From the NCBI GenBank assembly GCA_963682135.1, contig OY821645.1, forward strand, positions 96,001 to 160,000: a stretch of DNA of 64,000 bases. The letters are read 5' to 3'. Under the pieces are notes generated by a model. It was not told where the DNA came from and made no database searches. It saw only the letters and a list, made by a program, of their open reading frames with translations. Below are positions 8,607 to 19,598 of the stretch, in pieces (the stretch's first letter is position 1; each line of letters begins with the position of its first letter). Origin of the DNA: Methanothrix sp. (GTDB lineage: Archaea > Halobacteriota > Methanosarcinia > Methanotrichales > Methanotrichaceae). Made by a program: the position numbers and the translations under genes.

Positions 8607-9803
8607 CTAAACGCAGATGTTGTCGATATCGGAAAACGTGTGCTGTACAGTATTCTTTTTCAGGTTCAGGCACCTTCTGGCCGCTTGCACTGCTTTTTCT
8701 CGATCTTCATCCCGACAGTAGATGCCGAAGCGCCAGGTAGCCCTGTGGGCTCTCTCCAGAATGCTGACCAGAGGAGAGACATCTCGCAGGGGTCTTACTT
8801 CTCCTTCCACAAGAGCCGGAAAGTTGCCCTCTGGTGTATCCATAAGCGCCGGATTATCCACCAGAATGTAATCGGCATCTATCCCAGCTTCATGGGCAAT
8901 CTCCTGGCCCAGCGTCTTCTCACTTACCTTGAGAATTGAGGGGTCAAGACGTTCCAGGCCAACGTAAACCGCCCGCTTGAATATTCTCCTCGATCGGATG
9001 CGCCAAGCCATCTCAGCCGCATAGCCGCCAGACCGATCCAGGGAATTGAAGAGCTCTATGTCATCCATATCTTTCACGCTGCAAGCACTGGTCCCCTCTT
9101 CAATCATGTGCCGGATGGCTGCGGCTATCATGCACTCCGATATGCGGCAGACATGATGATAATAAACGGATGGATGCATGAGCAGCCGAGAAATGAGCAG
9201 AGATGTCGCCGCCTGCACGCCTCCTGCCTCCACCACCAGCTCTCCACTGTGCAGAGTCATCTTTTGCAGCAGACGCAGTCGATCTATTACTCCGTAAGCT
9301 ACGCCCGTGTAATGAGCATCTCTGATCAAGTAGTCCATCCTATCCACATCGATCTCGCCGCTCACGATCTGCCCCAGGCCGACTCCATTTACAGCGGCCT
9401 GGATCTCGGAGGCTTTCAGGCCGTATTTGTCTAAAACCGCCCGCAGTTCGCCTTTCTTCAGAATATCAATGATGCTCTCGTGCTCCTTTCGCAGGTAGGG
9501 GGCAAGAGCTGCTTCTGTGGCATGAGATAGCGGTCCATGGCCTACGTCATGCAGAAGCGCTGCGGCGCCTACCAGCATCCTATCCTCTTCCGGCAGGCCA
9601 AGATGGTTCGCGAGCAGATCCGCCAGGTGATAGGCACCCAGGCTGTGCTCGAAGCGAGTATGGTTGGCACCGGGATAGACCAGGCTTGCCAGTCCTAGCT
9701 GCTTAATCCAGCGCAATCGCTGCATCTGGGGTGTGTCTGCGATTTCCAGGGCAAGGCCTTCCAGCAACACATAACCGTGCACGGGGTCTCGGATCTCGGT
9801 CAT
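8607..9803 (-). CDS. HD-domain phosphohydrolase (SAMHD1/dNTPase-like family)
   Basis: IRDPVHG, QRLRWIKQLG, YPGANHTRFEHSLG, ALLHDVGHGPLSH, DVDRMDYLIRD, VYYHH motifs. Confidence 0.9.
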   Translation of the reverse strand: MTEIRDPVHGYVLLEGLALEIADTPQMQRLRWIKQLGLASLVYPGANHTRFEHSLGAYHLADLLANHLGLPEEDRMLVGAAALLHDVGHGPLSHATEAALAPYLRKEHESIIDILKKGELRAVLDKYGLKASEIQAAVNGVGLGQIVSGEIDVDRMDYLIRDAHYTGVAYGVIDRLRLLQKMTLHSGELVVEAGGVQAATSLLISRLLMHPSVYYHHVCRISECMIAAAIRHMIEEGTSACSVKDMDDIELFNSLDRSGGYAAEMAWRIRSRRIFKRAVYVGLERLDPSILKVSEKTLGQEIAHEAGIDADYILVDNPALMDTPEGNFPALVEGEVRPLRDVSPLVSILERAHRATWRFGIYCRDEDREKAVQAARRCLNLKKNTVQHTFSDIDNICV

Positions 9804-10056
9804 CAGGCATAGCTGTGAGTTTCCTTACATTAAATATTAGTGTCCCAAATTTTTAGATACATTTATATACCAATGCCGGATTGTCCATTCCTCTCATGGA
9901 GTCAATTCCTGGCATGGCAGGTGTCTTTGTGAGGATTTGCAGACATTCTTCTTTGTCAAGAGATTCTATATCCGGCCAACGTGCCTGATAATTTCAGAAA
10001 CAATTAAGTCTGATAAGATAATCTCCTTAATATTATTTCATCCGAAGGCGACATAA

Positions 10057-11760
10057 ATGTCAATGGAATTTGGTTACATTATCCTGTTGTTAGGCACCCT
10101 GATAGTTCTGGCGTTGCCTGCGGGAAGATATATTGCGAAAATCTTCAACGGCGAGCCCACCCCAGTTACACCTCTCATTCGGCCAGTCGAACGGGCGTTT
10201 TACAGGATGGCGGGTGTGGATGAGACGAGAGAGATGTCCTGGAGGAGATACGTTGCCGCCCTCCTGATCTTCAATGCCCTGGGTCTGGCTGCCGTATTTT
10301 TGCTGCAGGAACTGCAGGGCTTTTTTCCTCTCAATCCTCAAAACCTGGGGGCAGTTCGTTGGGATACGGCTATCAACACCGCCGTCTCCTTCACCACCAA
10401 CACCAACTGGCAGGCTTATAGCGGGGAACAGACGATGAGCTACCTCACCCAAATGCTGGGCTTGACTGTGCAAAATTTCCTCTCGGCTGCTGTGGGGCTA
10501 TCTGCAGCCATGGCCGTCATTCGAGGCTTCACCCGCAAGAATGCCGCCACCCTGGGGAATTTCTGGGTCGACCTCACCCGGTCGGTGCTCTATCTGCTGC
10601 TTCCCCTGGCATTCATCTGGGCTCTACTATTTGCATCCCAAGGCGTAATTCAGACCCTGGGACCCAATGTCATCGCCCATACGATCGAGGGAGATGAGCA
10701 GGTTATCTCTTTGGGGCCCGTAGCTTCGCAGGAGGCCATTAAGCTCCTGGGAACCAACGGAGGCGGCTTCTTCAATGCCAACTCCGCCCATCCTTTTGAG
10801 AATCCCACACCTATCACGGATTTCCTGGAGGTGTTGGCCATGCTGCTCATAGCGGCATCGCTTCCTTTCGCCTTTGGCGCATTGGTCAATAATCCAAAAC
10901 AGGGTTGGGCCATATTTGCGGCCATGTTCATTCTCTATCTCATGGGCTTGGGCTTCGCCCTCTGGGCAGAAGGACAGGGGAGCCCTCTGCTGGAGAAGCT
11001 GGGCGTGGCCGGCGGAGTCAATATGGAAGGAAAAGAGGTACGCTTCGGCGTAGCGGCATCGGTGCTCTTTGCCCATTCCACTACAGTAACCTCCGATGGG
11101 GCTGTGAACAGCATGCACGAGAGCATGATGCCTCTAACCGGCCTGGTTCTGCTATTCAATATGGTCATCGGCGAGGTGATATTCGGCGGAGTCGGTGTGG
11201 GACTGATAGGCATTTTCTTCTATGCCATCATGACCATGTTCTTGGCCGGCCTCATGATAGGCCGCACTCCTGAGCTCTTCGGCAAAAAACTTGAGCCCTT
11301 CGAGATGAGAATGGCAGTCATCGGTCTGCTGGCTCCTTCCATCGTTCTGCTGATGCTTGCCAGCCTGGCCATAATCCTGCCCCAGGGTCTCTTTAGTCTG
11401 AACAACGGCGGGCCGCATGGACTCACAGAGATACTCTATGCCTTCGCCTCAGCCTGCGGCAATAACGGGTCCGCCTTTGCCGGCCTGAATGCCAATACCG
11501 CCTTTTACAATCTTACTCTGGCACTGGCTATGCTGGTAGGCAGATTTGCCACGATATTGCCGGCACTGGCCATAGCCGGCTCCCTGGCGGCAAAGAGGAT
11601 AGTGCCTGCCAGCACGGCTACCTTCCCTGTCGCCAGTCCGCTCTTCGTGATCATGTTGGTCGGCACGATCATCATAGTCGGGGCTCTGACCTTCTTCCCC
11701 GTCTTTGTGCTTGGACCCATACTCGAGCACCTGATGATGTCGGCAGGCAGGACTTTTTGA
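10057..11760 (+). CDS. kdpA: K+-transporting ATPase subunit A
   Basis: [48 protein letters not shown] pore motifs. Confidence 0.97.
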   Translation: MSMEFGYIILLLGTLIVLALPAGRYIAKIFNGEPTPVTPLIRPVERAFYRMAGVDETREMSWRRYVAALLIFNALGLAAVFLLQELQGFFPLNPQNLGAVRWDTAINTAVSFTTNTNWQAYSGEQTMSYLTQMLGLTVQNFLSAAVGLSAAMAVIRGFTRKNAATLGNFWVDLTRSVLYLLLPLAFIWALLFASQGVIQTLGPNVIAHTIEGDEQVISLGPVASQEAIKLLGTNGGGFFNANSAHPFENPTPITDFLEVLAMLLIAASLPFAFGALVNNPKQGWAIFAAMFILYLMGLGFALWAEGQGSPLLEKLGVAGGVNMEGKEVRFGVAASVLFAHSTTVTSDGAVNSMHESMMPLTGLVLLFNMVIGEVIFGGVGVGLIGIFFYAIMTMFLAGLMIGRTPELFGKKLEPFEMRMAVIGLLAPSIVLLMLASLAIILPQGLFSLNNGGPHGLTEILYAFASACGNNGSAFAGLNANTAFYNLTLALAMLVGRFATILPALAIAGSLAAKRIVPASTATFPVASPLFVIMLVGTIIIVGALTFFPVFVLGPILEHLMMSAGRTF

Positions 11761-13808
11761 GGAGGGATCATATGCACATCAATAAGTCCGATTTATGGCA
11801 GACGTCCCAGATAAAACAGGCCATTTCGAATTCCATCCCCAAGCTGGACCCGCGCCGCCTCTGGCGCAGCCCAGTAATGCTCGCCGTGGAGATGGGTGCC
11901 ATCCTGACCACTCTGATCACGGCGCGCGATTTGATCTGGGGTGGGGACGCGGCATTGGACGGCCAGATCAGCCTTTGGCTGTGGTTTACTGTACTCTTTG
12001 CCAACTTCGCTGAGGCTCTGGCAGAAGGACGGGGCCGGGCTCAGGCTGAGACTCTTCGTCAGGCGAAGAGCGAGGCCGTAGCCAGCAGACTGTTGGCTAA
12101 TGGCAAGATCGAGCAGGTAGCGGCTCAGCTGCTTGTTAAAGGCGATCTTGTCCTGGCTAAGGACGGCGATACCATTCCCAGCGACGGCGAGATCGTAGAG
12201 GGGGTCTCGCTGGTAGACGAATCAGCCATCACGGGCGAATCAGCGCCCGTAGTTCGCGAGGCCGGAGGCGACCTGTGTGGCGTCACAGGCGGCACAAGAG
12301 TCCTCTCCGGGAAGGTCAAGATCCTCATCACAGCGCAGCCTGGTAATACCTTCCTGGACCAGATGATAGGAATGGTGGAGAGCGCCAAACGCCAGAAAAC
12401 TCCCAATGAGCAGGCCCTGGAGATACTGCTCATAGGTCTTACCGGGCTATTCATGGTGGTTGTAATCACCCTCAATGTCTTTGCCGGGTACATGGGTATC
12501 ATCGTTCCCGTACCTGTACTGGTGGCGCTGCTGGTTTGCCTGATGCCTACCACAATCGGAGGCCTGTTGCCCGCCATCGGCATCGCCGGCATGGACCGGC
12601 TGCTTTCTCATAATGTCATCGCCATGAGCGGCAGGGCCGTGGAGGCCTCGGGCGACGTGGATGTGGTGCTCATGGACAAGACCGGTACCATCACCCTGGG
12701 AAACAGGATGGCCACCCAGTTCCTGCCCGCTGAGGGAGTGACGAAGGAGGAGCTGGCTTTGGCGGCGATGTACTCCTCCCTGGCGGACGAGACGCCTGAA
12801 GGCCGCAGCATAGTGGACTTATGCAAGGAGACTCTGGGTATCCGCGGCAGGGATATACGGGCGCCAGAGGCTAGCGTATTTATCCCCTTCAGCGCTGAGA
12901 CCCGCATGAGCGGCATAGACTGGGATAGTCGGCTGATCAGAAAAGGTGCACACGATGCCATAGGGCAATATGTAGAGAATCTAGGTGGCAGTATGCCGGA
13001 GGGCATCAGGGTTGCCGTGGAGAGCATCGCCCGGGAAGGCGGAACGCCATTGGTTGTGGCGGAAGGATCCAGAATCTTGGGTGCCATTCGATTGAAGGAT
13101 GTGCTGAAAACCGGTATCAAAGATCGATTGTCAAATTTGCGAAAAGTCGGCATTCGCTCCGTCATGATCACAGGAGACAATCCCATGACGGCAGCAGCCA
13201 TCGCCGCAGAAGCGGGAATCGATGACTTTATCGGCCAGGCTCGTCCCGAGGTCAAGCTGGAGGCCATTCGAAAGTATCAGAGGGAAGGTCACCTGGTGGC
13301 AATGATTGGAGACGGCACCAACGATGCTCCGGCTCTGGCCCAGGCCGATGTGGCCGTGGCCATGAATGCAGGAACACAGGCTGCCAGAGAGGCGGCCAAC
13401 ATGGTGGACCTGGATTCCAATCCTGCTAAACTGCTGGACATAGTGGAGATCGGTAAACAGATCCTGATCACACGAGGGGCGCTGACCACATTTAGCGTGG
13501 CCAATGATGTCTCCAAGTACTTTGCCATTATTCCTGCCATATTTGCGGCCGAATATCCCATGCTAAGTGTGCTGAACATCATGCATCTGGCAACTCCGAG
13601 CAGCGCTGTGCTTTCTGCGATTATATTCAATGCCATTATCATCCCTCTCTTGATACCGCTATCATTGCGGGGTGTGCGCTATACACCCACGACGGCCTCA
13701 CAACTGCTGAGACGCAATTTGCTATTCTATGGCCTGGGCGGACTGGCCGTGCCTTTTGTGGGCATCAAGCTGATCGATATGCTGGTTATTTTCCTGCATT
13801 TGGAGTGA
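11757..13808 (+). CDS. kdpB: K+-transporting ATPase subunit B (P-type ATPase)
   Basis: [29 protein letters not shown] motifs. Start may be ATG 11772 after GGAGG. Confidence 0.97.
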   Translation: MRRDHMHINKSDLWQTSQIKQAISNSIPKLDPRRLWRSPVMLAVEMGAILTTLITARDLIWGGDAALDGQISLWLWFTVLFANFAEALAEGRGRAQAETLRQAKSEAVASRLLANGKIEQVAAQLLVKGDLVLAKDGDTIPSDGEIVEGVSLVDESAITGESAPVVREAGGDLCGVTGGTRVLSGKVKILITAQPGNTFLDQMIGMVESAKRQKTPNEQALEILLIGLTGLFMVVVITLNVFAGYMGIIVPVPVLVALLVCLMPTTIGGLLPAIGIAGMDRLLSHNVIAMSGRAVEASGDVDVVLMDKTGTITLGNRMATQFLPAEGVTKEELALAAMYSSLADETPEGRSIVDLCKETLGIRGRDIRAPEASVFIPFSAETRMSGIDWDSRLIRKGAHDAIGQYVENLGGSMPEGIRVAVESIAREGGTPLVVAEGSRILGAIRLKDVLKTGIKDRLSNLRKVGIRSVMITGDNPMTAAAIAAEAGIDDFIGQARPEVKLEAIRKYQREGHLVAMIGDGTNDAPALAQADVAVAMNAGTQAAREAANMVDLDSNPAKLLDIVEIGKQILITRGALTTFSVANDVSKYFAIIPAIFAAEYPMLSVLNIMHLATPSSAVLSAIIFNAIIIPLLIPLSLRGVRYTPTTASQLLRRNLLFYGLGGLAVPFVGIKLIDMLVIFLHLE

Positions 13809-14398
13809 GGAAGATGTTCGAATATGCCAAAGAAATAAGGCCTGCAGTGATTCTGTTTATGGCCTTCTCTCTGCTCACCGGTCTTGCCTATCCTTTATTC
13901 ATAACCGGCATAGTCCAGACTGCCCTGCCTGCCAAGGCAGCAGGGAGCCTGTTGATAGTTGACGGCAGAATCGTAGGCTCAGAACTCATCGGCCAGACTT
14001 TCCAGAGCCCCGGTTACTTCCATGGACGGCCTTCGTATGTCAACTACAGTGCCAGCGACTCAGGTGCCAGCAACCTCGGGCCAACCAGTGTCAGGCTCAT
14101 GGAAGAGGTGAGCCGAAGGATAGATCAAGTCCGGCGCGAGAATAGTCTGCCTAATGATCTGAGCGTGCCCGCCGATCTGGTCATGAATTCCGGCAGCGGC
14201 CTGGACCCGCACATAAGCCGACAGGGTGCATTGGATCAGGTGGCGCGCGTGGCCGAAGCGAGAGGTCTGGCGCATTCTGTGGTGCAGGCGCGAATCGACC
14301 AGAATGTTGAGCCTGCCATGCTTGGCATACTGGGGCAGGAGAGGGTGAATGTGCTCAAGCTTAACCTGAACCTGGATGACATGACAAAGGAGAGTTAG
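13805..14398 (+). CDS. kdpC: K+-transporting ATPase subunit C
   Basis: [39 protein letters not shown] motifs. Start may be ATG 13814. Confidence 0.95.
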   Translation: MRKMFEYAKEIRPAVILFMAFSLLTGLAYPLFITGIVQTALPAKAAGSLLIVDGRIVGSELIGQTFQSPGYFHGRPSYVNYSASDSGASNLGPTSVRLMEEVSRRIDQVRRENSLPNDLSVPADLVMNSGSGLDPHISRQGALDQVARVAEARGLAHSVVQARIDQNVEPAMLGILGQERVNVLKLNLNLDDMTKES

Positions 14399-14401
14399 AG
14401 A

Positions 14402-16408
14402 ATGGCGAAGGATTTCCGTCCGGACCCGGATCAATTATTAGAGCGACTAACGCACGAGGAAAAAGTGGCCAGCAGCAGCCGTGGACATCTCAAGATTTTG
14501 CTGGGCGCGGCGGCGGGCGTCGGCAAGACATATCAAATGCTGGAAGAGGCGCAGCAACTAAAAAAGAGCTGTGTGGATGTCGTCGTTGCACTGGTGGAGA
14601 CACATGGACGGCATGAGACCGAGGTTCTGCTGGAGGGGCTGGAGGTTATTCCTCGCTGCCGTCTCAATCGAGGCGGTCTGGAGATAGAAGAGATGGATCT
14701 GGACGCAGTCCTGGCACGCCATCCGGCTGTCGCCCTGGTGGATGAGCTGGCTCATGCCAATGCACCGGACCTTCGCCATGCCAGGCGCTACCAGGATGTA
14801 GAAGAGCTGCTTGTTGCGGGCATAAGCGTCTACACAACCCTGAACGTCCAGCACATTGAGAGCCTCAATGATATCATATTTCAGATAACAGGAGTTCGAG
14901 TTCGAGAGACTCTGCCGGACAGGATATTAGAGCAGGCCGATGAGATTGAAGTTGTAGACCTGACTCCGGAGGATCTGCTGCAGCGGTTTAAGGATGGCAA
15001 AGTGTACGTACCCTCCCAGGCAGAGCAAGCCATTCAGCGCTTTTTCCGCAAAGGCAACCTGCTGGGACTAAGAGAGATAGCTCTGAGATATGCTGCTCGC
15101 ATGGTTGATGAGGACATGCGCACCTACATGGATGGGCATGGCATCCTGGGACCCTGGCCGGCTGGATCGAGATTGCTGGTCTGCATAAATGCCAGTGCCT
15201 TCTCCGAGCGTCTGATACGCATAGGGCAGCGCATGGCTGCAGACCAGGATGCCGAGTGGTTTGCGGTTTATGTAGAATCTCCTCAAGATACATCATCCAC
15301 GGAGACTGCTCGGGATCAACTGGCGCGCAACTTGACGCTGGCAAGAGAGCTGGGGGCAGAGGTCCAGGTTCTGAGCTCCCAGAATATAGCTGAGGAGGTC
15401 ATGGCCTTCTCCAGAGAACACAATATCACGGTAATCGTCGTCGGACTGCCGCGTCGCCGTTTTTGGAACCAATTGCGAAGTGGATCAGTGGTAAACGAGA
15501 TTATAAAACGGAGCGGACTGATCCATGTGCTCGTCATAGGCGGCGCACAAGCCGATCAGGCCGAACATGAGGCAGCGTCGCTTGCAGGCGACATGAACTG
15601 GCGGCAGTTTTTCGGCAGCCTCCTAATTGTAGCGGCAACAGTCGCTTTTTGCTGGCCGCTGCAAAATCCCCTGGGCCTCATTAACATCGCCATGATCCTG
15701 CTTTTGCCTGTGATCTACAGCGGAATGACCTGGGGCAAGCGCTCAGGTCTGATCACGTCGCTACTGGCCGTAGTCGCCCTGGATTTCTTCTTCGTGCCAC
15801 CTAAGATGACATTGGCAGTCGAAGATCTGCACTATTTGCCCGTGTTCATAGTCTTCGTTATAGTAGGAATAATAACCAGCTTTCTGGCGGATCTGGTAAG
15901 ATGGCAGGGCGAGAGCGCTCGTCAAAGGGAACGTTTTGTCTCCGCTCTTTATTCCTTCAGTCGCAACCTCATGGCAGCCGGAAACGGGCAGGAGCTCTTA
16001 AGCTGCGCCGCCCGAGAGATTGCCCAGGTCTTCGAATGTGTTGTGATGATCCTTCTGCCTGATGAAACCGGACGGCTCAGGGAACGGGCCAAGATGGGAG
16101 AACACCTGATATTTGATGAACGCAAGCTGGGTGTGGCCACCTGGGTCCTCAGACACGGCCAGGAAGCAGGACACGGCACGCAGACACTTTCCTCCGCGAC
16201 CCTCTCTTACCTGCCGCTCAAGACCAAAGAGGTCACCATTGGTGTTTTGGGTGTGGGACTGGGTAAGGAGGAGCAGCTCTTGCAGCCTGAGCAGAAGAGG
16301 TTGCTGGAAGCATTCACGAACATCCTGGCCCTGGCTTTAGACCGGAGAAATGAATTAGGCGTGCACACAGATGCAAATAAAAATCAAGCGGAAACTCTTA
16401 TATCCTAA
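14402..16408 (+). CDS. kdpD: KdpD-like sensor (KdpD + USP + 4TM DUF4118 + GAF) lacking HisKA/HATPase kinase domains
   Basis: GAAAGVGKTY, VDELAH, TTLNVQHIESLND, FFRKGNL motifs, a USP domain, DFFFVPP TM region and GAF. It ends about 20 aa after LALDR with no H-box (SHDLRTPL). Confidence 0.9.
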   Translation: MAKDFRPDPDQLLERLTHEEKVASSSRGHLKILLGAAAGVGKTYQMLEEAQQLKKSCVDVVVALVETHGRHETEVLLEGLEVIPRCRLNRGGLEIEEMDLDAVLARHPAVALVDELAHANAPDLRHARRYQDVEELLVAGISVYTTLNVQHIESLNDIIFQITGVRVRETLPDRILEQADEIEVVDLTPEDLLQRFKDGKVYVPSQAEQAIQRFFRKGNLLGLREIALRYAARMVDEDMRTYMDGHGILGPWPAGSRLLVCINASAFSERLIRIGQRMAADQDAEWFAVYVESPQDTSSTETARDQLARNLTLARELGAEVQVLSSQNIAEEVMAFSREHNITVIVVGLPRRRFWNQLRSGSVVNEIIKRSGLIHVLVIGGAQADQAEHEAASLAGDMNWRQFFGSLLIVAATVAFCWPLQNPLGLINIAMILLLPVIYSGMTWGKRSGLITSLLAVVALDFFFVPPKMTLAVEDLHYLPVFIVFVIVGIITSFLADLVRWQGESARQRERFVSALYSFSRNLMAAGNGQELLSCAAREIAQVFECVVMILLPDETGRLRERAKMGEHLIFDERKLGVATWVLRHGQEAGHGTQTLSSATLSYLPLKTKEVTIGVLGVGLGKEEQLLQPEQKRLLEAFTNILALALDRRNELGVHTDANKNQAETLIS

Positions 16409-16621
16409 GATCGCTATTGAGGCGAGCTTCAGATGGAATCAATGGCACATTGGAGGGATTTATTACTACAGCTTTCGACAGGATGAATACCGTTGGAGGC
16501 TGCTCTCGATCCGCATGAGTGATCTTTTTTCACAAAATGGTATATCAATTCCTATATGTTCGAACCTAGGTTCTCCATTCCTAATGCTTGAATCCTGGGT
16601 TTGAATTATGGGGAGGGATAA

Positions 16622-18184
16622 ATGAAGCTTCGAATCGTCTTTGATATAATAGGCACCGTGCTGAAGATCATGGGTTTGTTGCTCTTAGTGCCGGGAATGG
16701 TCTCGGCTTACTACCATGAAACCAGTGGAATTGCCGCCTTTGCTCTGACATCTCTCTTCTCTATAGGCACAGGCATCATCCTCAGTCGGCTGGGGACAAA
16801 AGGAGATGTGGGTGGTAAAGAAGCCTTCGCCGCCGTCTCTTTGGGGTGGCTTGCTGCCACGTTCTTCGGGGCTTTGCCCTTTGCATTTCTGGGCCTGGGG
16901 CCAGTCGATGCTCTCTTTGAATCCGTATCGGGCTTCTCGGCAACCGGGGCTACGATTCTTGTCGAGTCAAACGCCCTGGGGTACTACATTGTCAATTCCA
17001 CTCTGGTCAATAATAGTATCTGCGCCGATCTTATTAATGGGGTGACAGGCGATATGGCAGGCTACAATATCGCCTTGCGGGCCATAAATAGCCAGACATT
17101 TTACGGCCTGCTCTTCTGGCGCTCCTTCCAGCAACTCATCGGGGGTTTGGGCATAATTTTGATGGTTGTGGCCATCTTTCCCCAACTGCGCGTGGCCGGT
17201 CGCCAGCTTTACCGGGCCGAGACTGTTGGGCCCAGCAAGGATACCATCACGCCGCGGGCCACAGCCACTGCCAGAATTCTCTGGAAGGTGTATCTGCTCT
17301 TCAACGGCCTGCAAATAATACTGCTTTACGCAGCAGGCATGCCTTTTTATGATGCAGTATGCACTGCTTTTTCCACACTGGCCACGGGCGGCTTCTCTCC
17401 CCAGGCTTCCAGCCTAGTAGCCTACAACAGCCCCATCATCGAAGCAATTGTCGCCGTTTTTATCGTCCTGGGCATGTCTAGTTTCACTCTGCACTACAAA
17501 GTCCTCACCTCAGAGCGGCTGGCCTGGTTCAAAGATGAGGAATTCAGGTTCATGATCACCATCCTGGTCATCGCCACCGCAGTCCTGCTCTTCTTTGGCG
17601 GGATTGATGGGGGGCTGACGGAGCGTTTTCGGTTTGCCTCTTTCCAGGTCATATCATTCATGGGAACGTGCGGCTTTGTCAATTCCCTGGATTACGATAA
17701 ATGGTCTACTGCTGCTAAGCTGGCTATGATCATGGTCATGCTCATCGGGGGGTGCATCGGCTCGACTGCAGGTGGCATCAAAGTGGGACGGCTTCTGGTG
17801 GGCTGCAAGTATGCTTACAACGAACTTCGCCATATGATTCATCCCCATCTAGTGATGTCGGTTCGTCTGGGTGAGGCTCGTGTCCAGGAAGAGGTTCTCC
17901 GTCCCATGCTCTTCTATTCTTTCTTCTACCTGGCAATCTGGCTGGCACTATCTCTGGTTCTGGCCATGGTCTCGTCCGGTGATTCGCGAGTTGATCTCAC
18001 GGTCGTGGCCTCGGCAATTGCCTCCTGCATGGGTGGGGTGGGTCCGGGCTTTGGCATTATCACCTTTGACTGGTCGCAGATGTCGAATGCTGCCAAGATG
18101 ATCGGCTTCTTTGCCATGTACATCGGACGGCTGGAGCTGATGCCCATATTCTTATTATTTATTCCAGAACTATGGAGGAAATAA
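16622..18184 (+). CDS. trkH: Trk potassium uptake membrane protein
   Basis: FESVSGFSATGAT, LFWRS..Q.IGGLG, ATGGFS, GSTAGGIK, GPGFG, GRLE motifs. Confidence 0.92.
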   Translation: MKLRIVFDIIGTVLKIMGLLLLVPGMVSAYYHETSGIAAFALTSLFSIGTGIILSRLGTKGDVGGKEAFAAVSLGWLAATFFGALPFAFLGLGPVDALFESVSGFSATGATILVESNALGYYIVNSTLVNNSICADLINGVTGDMAGYNIALRAINSQTFYGLLFWRSFQQLIGGLGIILMVVAIFPQLRVAGRQLYRAETVGPSKDTITPRATATARILWKVYLLFNGLQIILLYAAGMPFYDAVCTAFSTLATGGFSPQASSLVAYNSPIIEAIVAVFIVLGMSSFTLHYKVLTSERLAWFKDEEFRFMITILVIATAVLLFFGGIDGGLTERFRFASFQVISFMGTCGFVNSLDYDKWSTAAKLAMIMVMLIGGCIGSTAGGIKVGRLLVGCKYAYNELRHMIHPHLVMSVRLGEARVQEEVLRPMLFYSFFYLAIWLALSLVLAMVSSGDSRVDLTVVASAIASCMGGVGPGFGIITFDWSQMSNAAKMIGFFAMYIGRLELMPIFLLFIPELWRK

Positions 18185-18185
18185 C

Positions 18186-19505
18186 ATGCGTATCTTAATT
18201 ACCGGAGCTGGCGAGGTAGGTTTTCTCATAGCCAGCGAGCTTTACGCGGATCATGATGTAACCGTCATAGACAAGAACCCGGCTGCCTGTGCCAGGCTGC
18301 AGGACATGGACGTGAAGGTCTTGCAGGGCAATTCTGCCAACGCCCGTCTGCTCATTATGGCCGGCATCAATAAAGCGGACATAGTAGCGGCTGTGACAGG
18401 CAACGATGAGGTGAATGTGATCACCTGCATCATAGCCAGTCACCTGGGCGTGCGCCAGACCATTGCTAGAGTAAGCAACCCGGAGTACATTGATCAGCCG
18501 GTCCAGGATCGAAAGGAGATAGGCATAAGCTACATGATATGTCCGGAGCTGGCCATGGCTGAGGATCTGGCTAGATCTCTGTATTTTCCGTCCATGCTCC
18601 TGGATAGGGAGCTGGCGGGGGGCAAGGTCGAGCTGATCGAGTTCAAGGTCACCGAAGAAATGCCTCTGCAGGGGCCAGTCGGTGAGGTCAATGTCAACCT
18701 TCCGGATGGCTGCAAAATCATGGCCATAAACAGAAAGGGTGATATCAGCATACCTTTGAAAGAAGATCTGATCATTTCCGAGGATCACCTTTTCCTCCTT
18801 TGCGACCCGAAATCGCTTCCCGATTTGAGAAGAATGCTTCACGAGGAGTCCTCGCCACATAAGGCCCTCATCGTCGGAGGTGGAATGGTTGGATTTTATC
18901 TGGCGAGCCGGCTGGAGAAGATGGGACTGGATGTGAAACTGATCGAAGTGAATACAGAGCGGTGCATAGAGATTGCAGACAAGCTCTCCCGCACAATGAT
19001 CCTCAACGGAGACGGAACTGACATCTCGCTCTTGAAAGAAGAGGGTGCAGAATTTATGGATGTGGTCTTCGCTGTCACCGGCCTGGATGAAAAGAACCTT
19101 CTCTGCTCATTGCTCGCCAAGCAACTGGGTACAAAAAAAATCCTCTCTCGAGTAAACAGGTATGATTACATAAAGCTCTTCGAACTGGTGGGAGTAGACA
19201 GAGCTGTCAGCCCTGGTCAGGTAACTGCCGATGCCGTGCTGCAGAGAGTTAGCGGAGGAGAAGAGGTTATAACCCTGAGCGACGAGAGAATGGAACTGGT
19301 GGATTTCATAGCCAAGGCGGGTGCTAAAATCATAGGAAAGAACGTCTGCAAAGAACTGCCCAAGGACTCCATGGTGGGCATGATCTTGAGAGATGGAAGA
19401 CCGATGATGCCCGATGATGGCTTTAAGGTCAAAGAAGGTGACCGCGTATTTGTGATGTCCATGCCCGAGGTCGTCGCCAAGGTAAAGAAGCTCTTCATAT
19501 CCTGA
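18186..19505 (+). CDS. trkA: Trk potassium uptake NAD-binding (RCK) subunit
   Basis: Two Rossmann motifs (ITGAGEVG, IVGGGMVG) and tandem RCK_N/RCK_C domains. Confidence 0.95.
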   Translation: MRILITGAGEVGFLIASELYADHDVTVIDKNPAACARLQDMDVKVLQGNSANARLLIMAGINKADIVAAVTGNDEVNVITCIIASHLGVRQTIARVSNPEYIDQPVQDRKEIGISYMICPELAMAEDLARSLYFPSMLLDRELAGGKVELIEFKVTEEMPLQGPVGEVNVNLPDGCKIMAINRKGDISIPLKEDLIISEDHLFLLCDPKSLPDLRRMLHEESSPHKALIVGGGMVGFYLASRLEKMGLDVKLIEVNTERCIEIADKLSRTMILNGDGTDISLLKEEGAEFMDVVFAVTGLDEKNLLCSLLAKQLGTKKILSRVNRYDYIKLFELVGVDRAVSPGQVTADAVLQRVSGGEEVITLSDERMELVDFIAKAGAKIIGKNVCKELPKDSMVGMILRDGRPMMPDDGFKVKEGDRVFVMSMPEVVAKVKKLFIS

Positions 19506-19598
19506 TTTCAGTCCAGGCACATATTTTTATAGCAGGGTGAACGGAGAGTTGTCGACAAAAGGAGGATGCACCCCGGCCCCCTAGGGTGATATTGTTCA

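Noticed and set aside
9896-9988. kdpF call
   Set aside because: Size and position fit, but it lacks the hydrophobic helix and YL..AL..PE.F motif.
16371-16604. Frameshifted KdpD kinase continuation or kdpE remnant
   Set aside because: No H-box, N/G-box or receiver motifs were seen.
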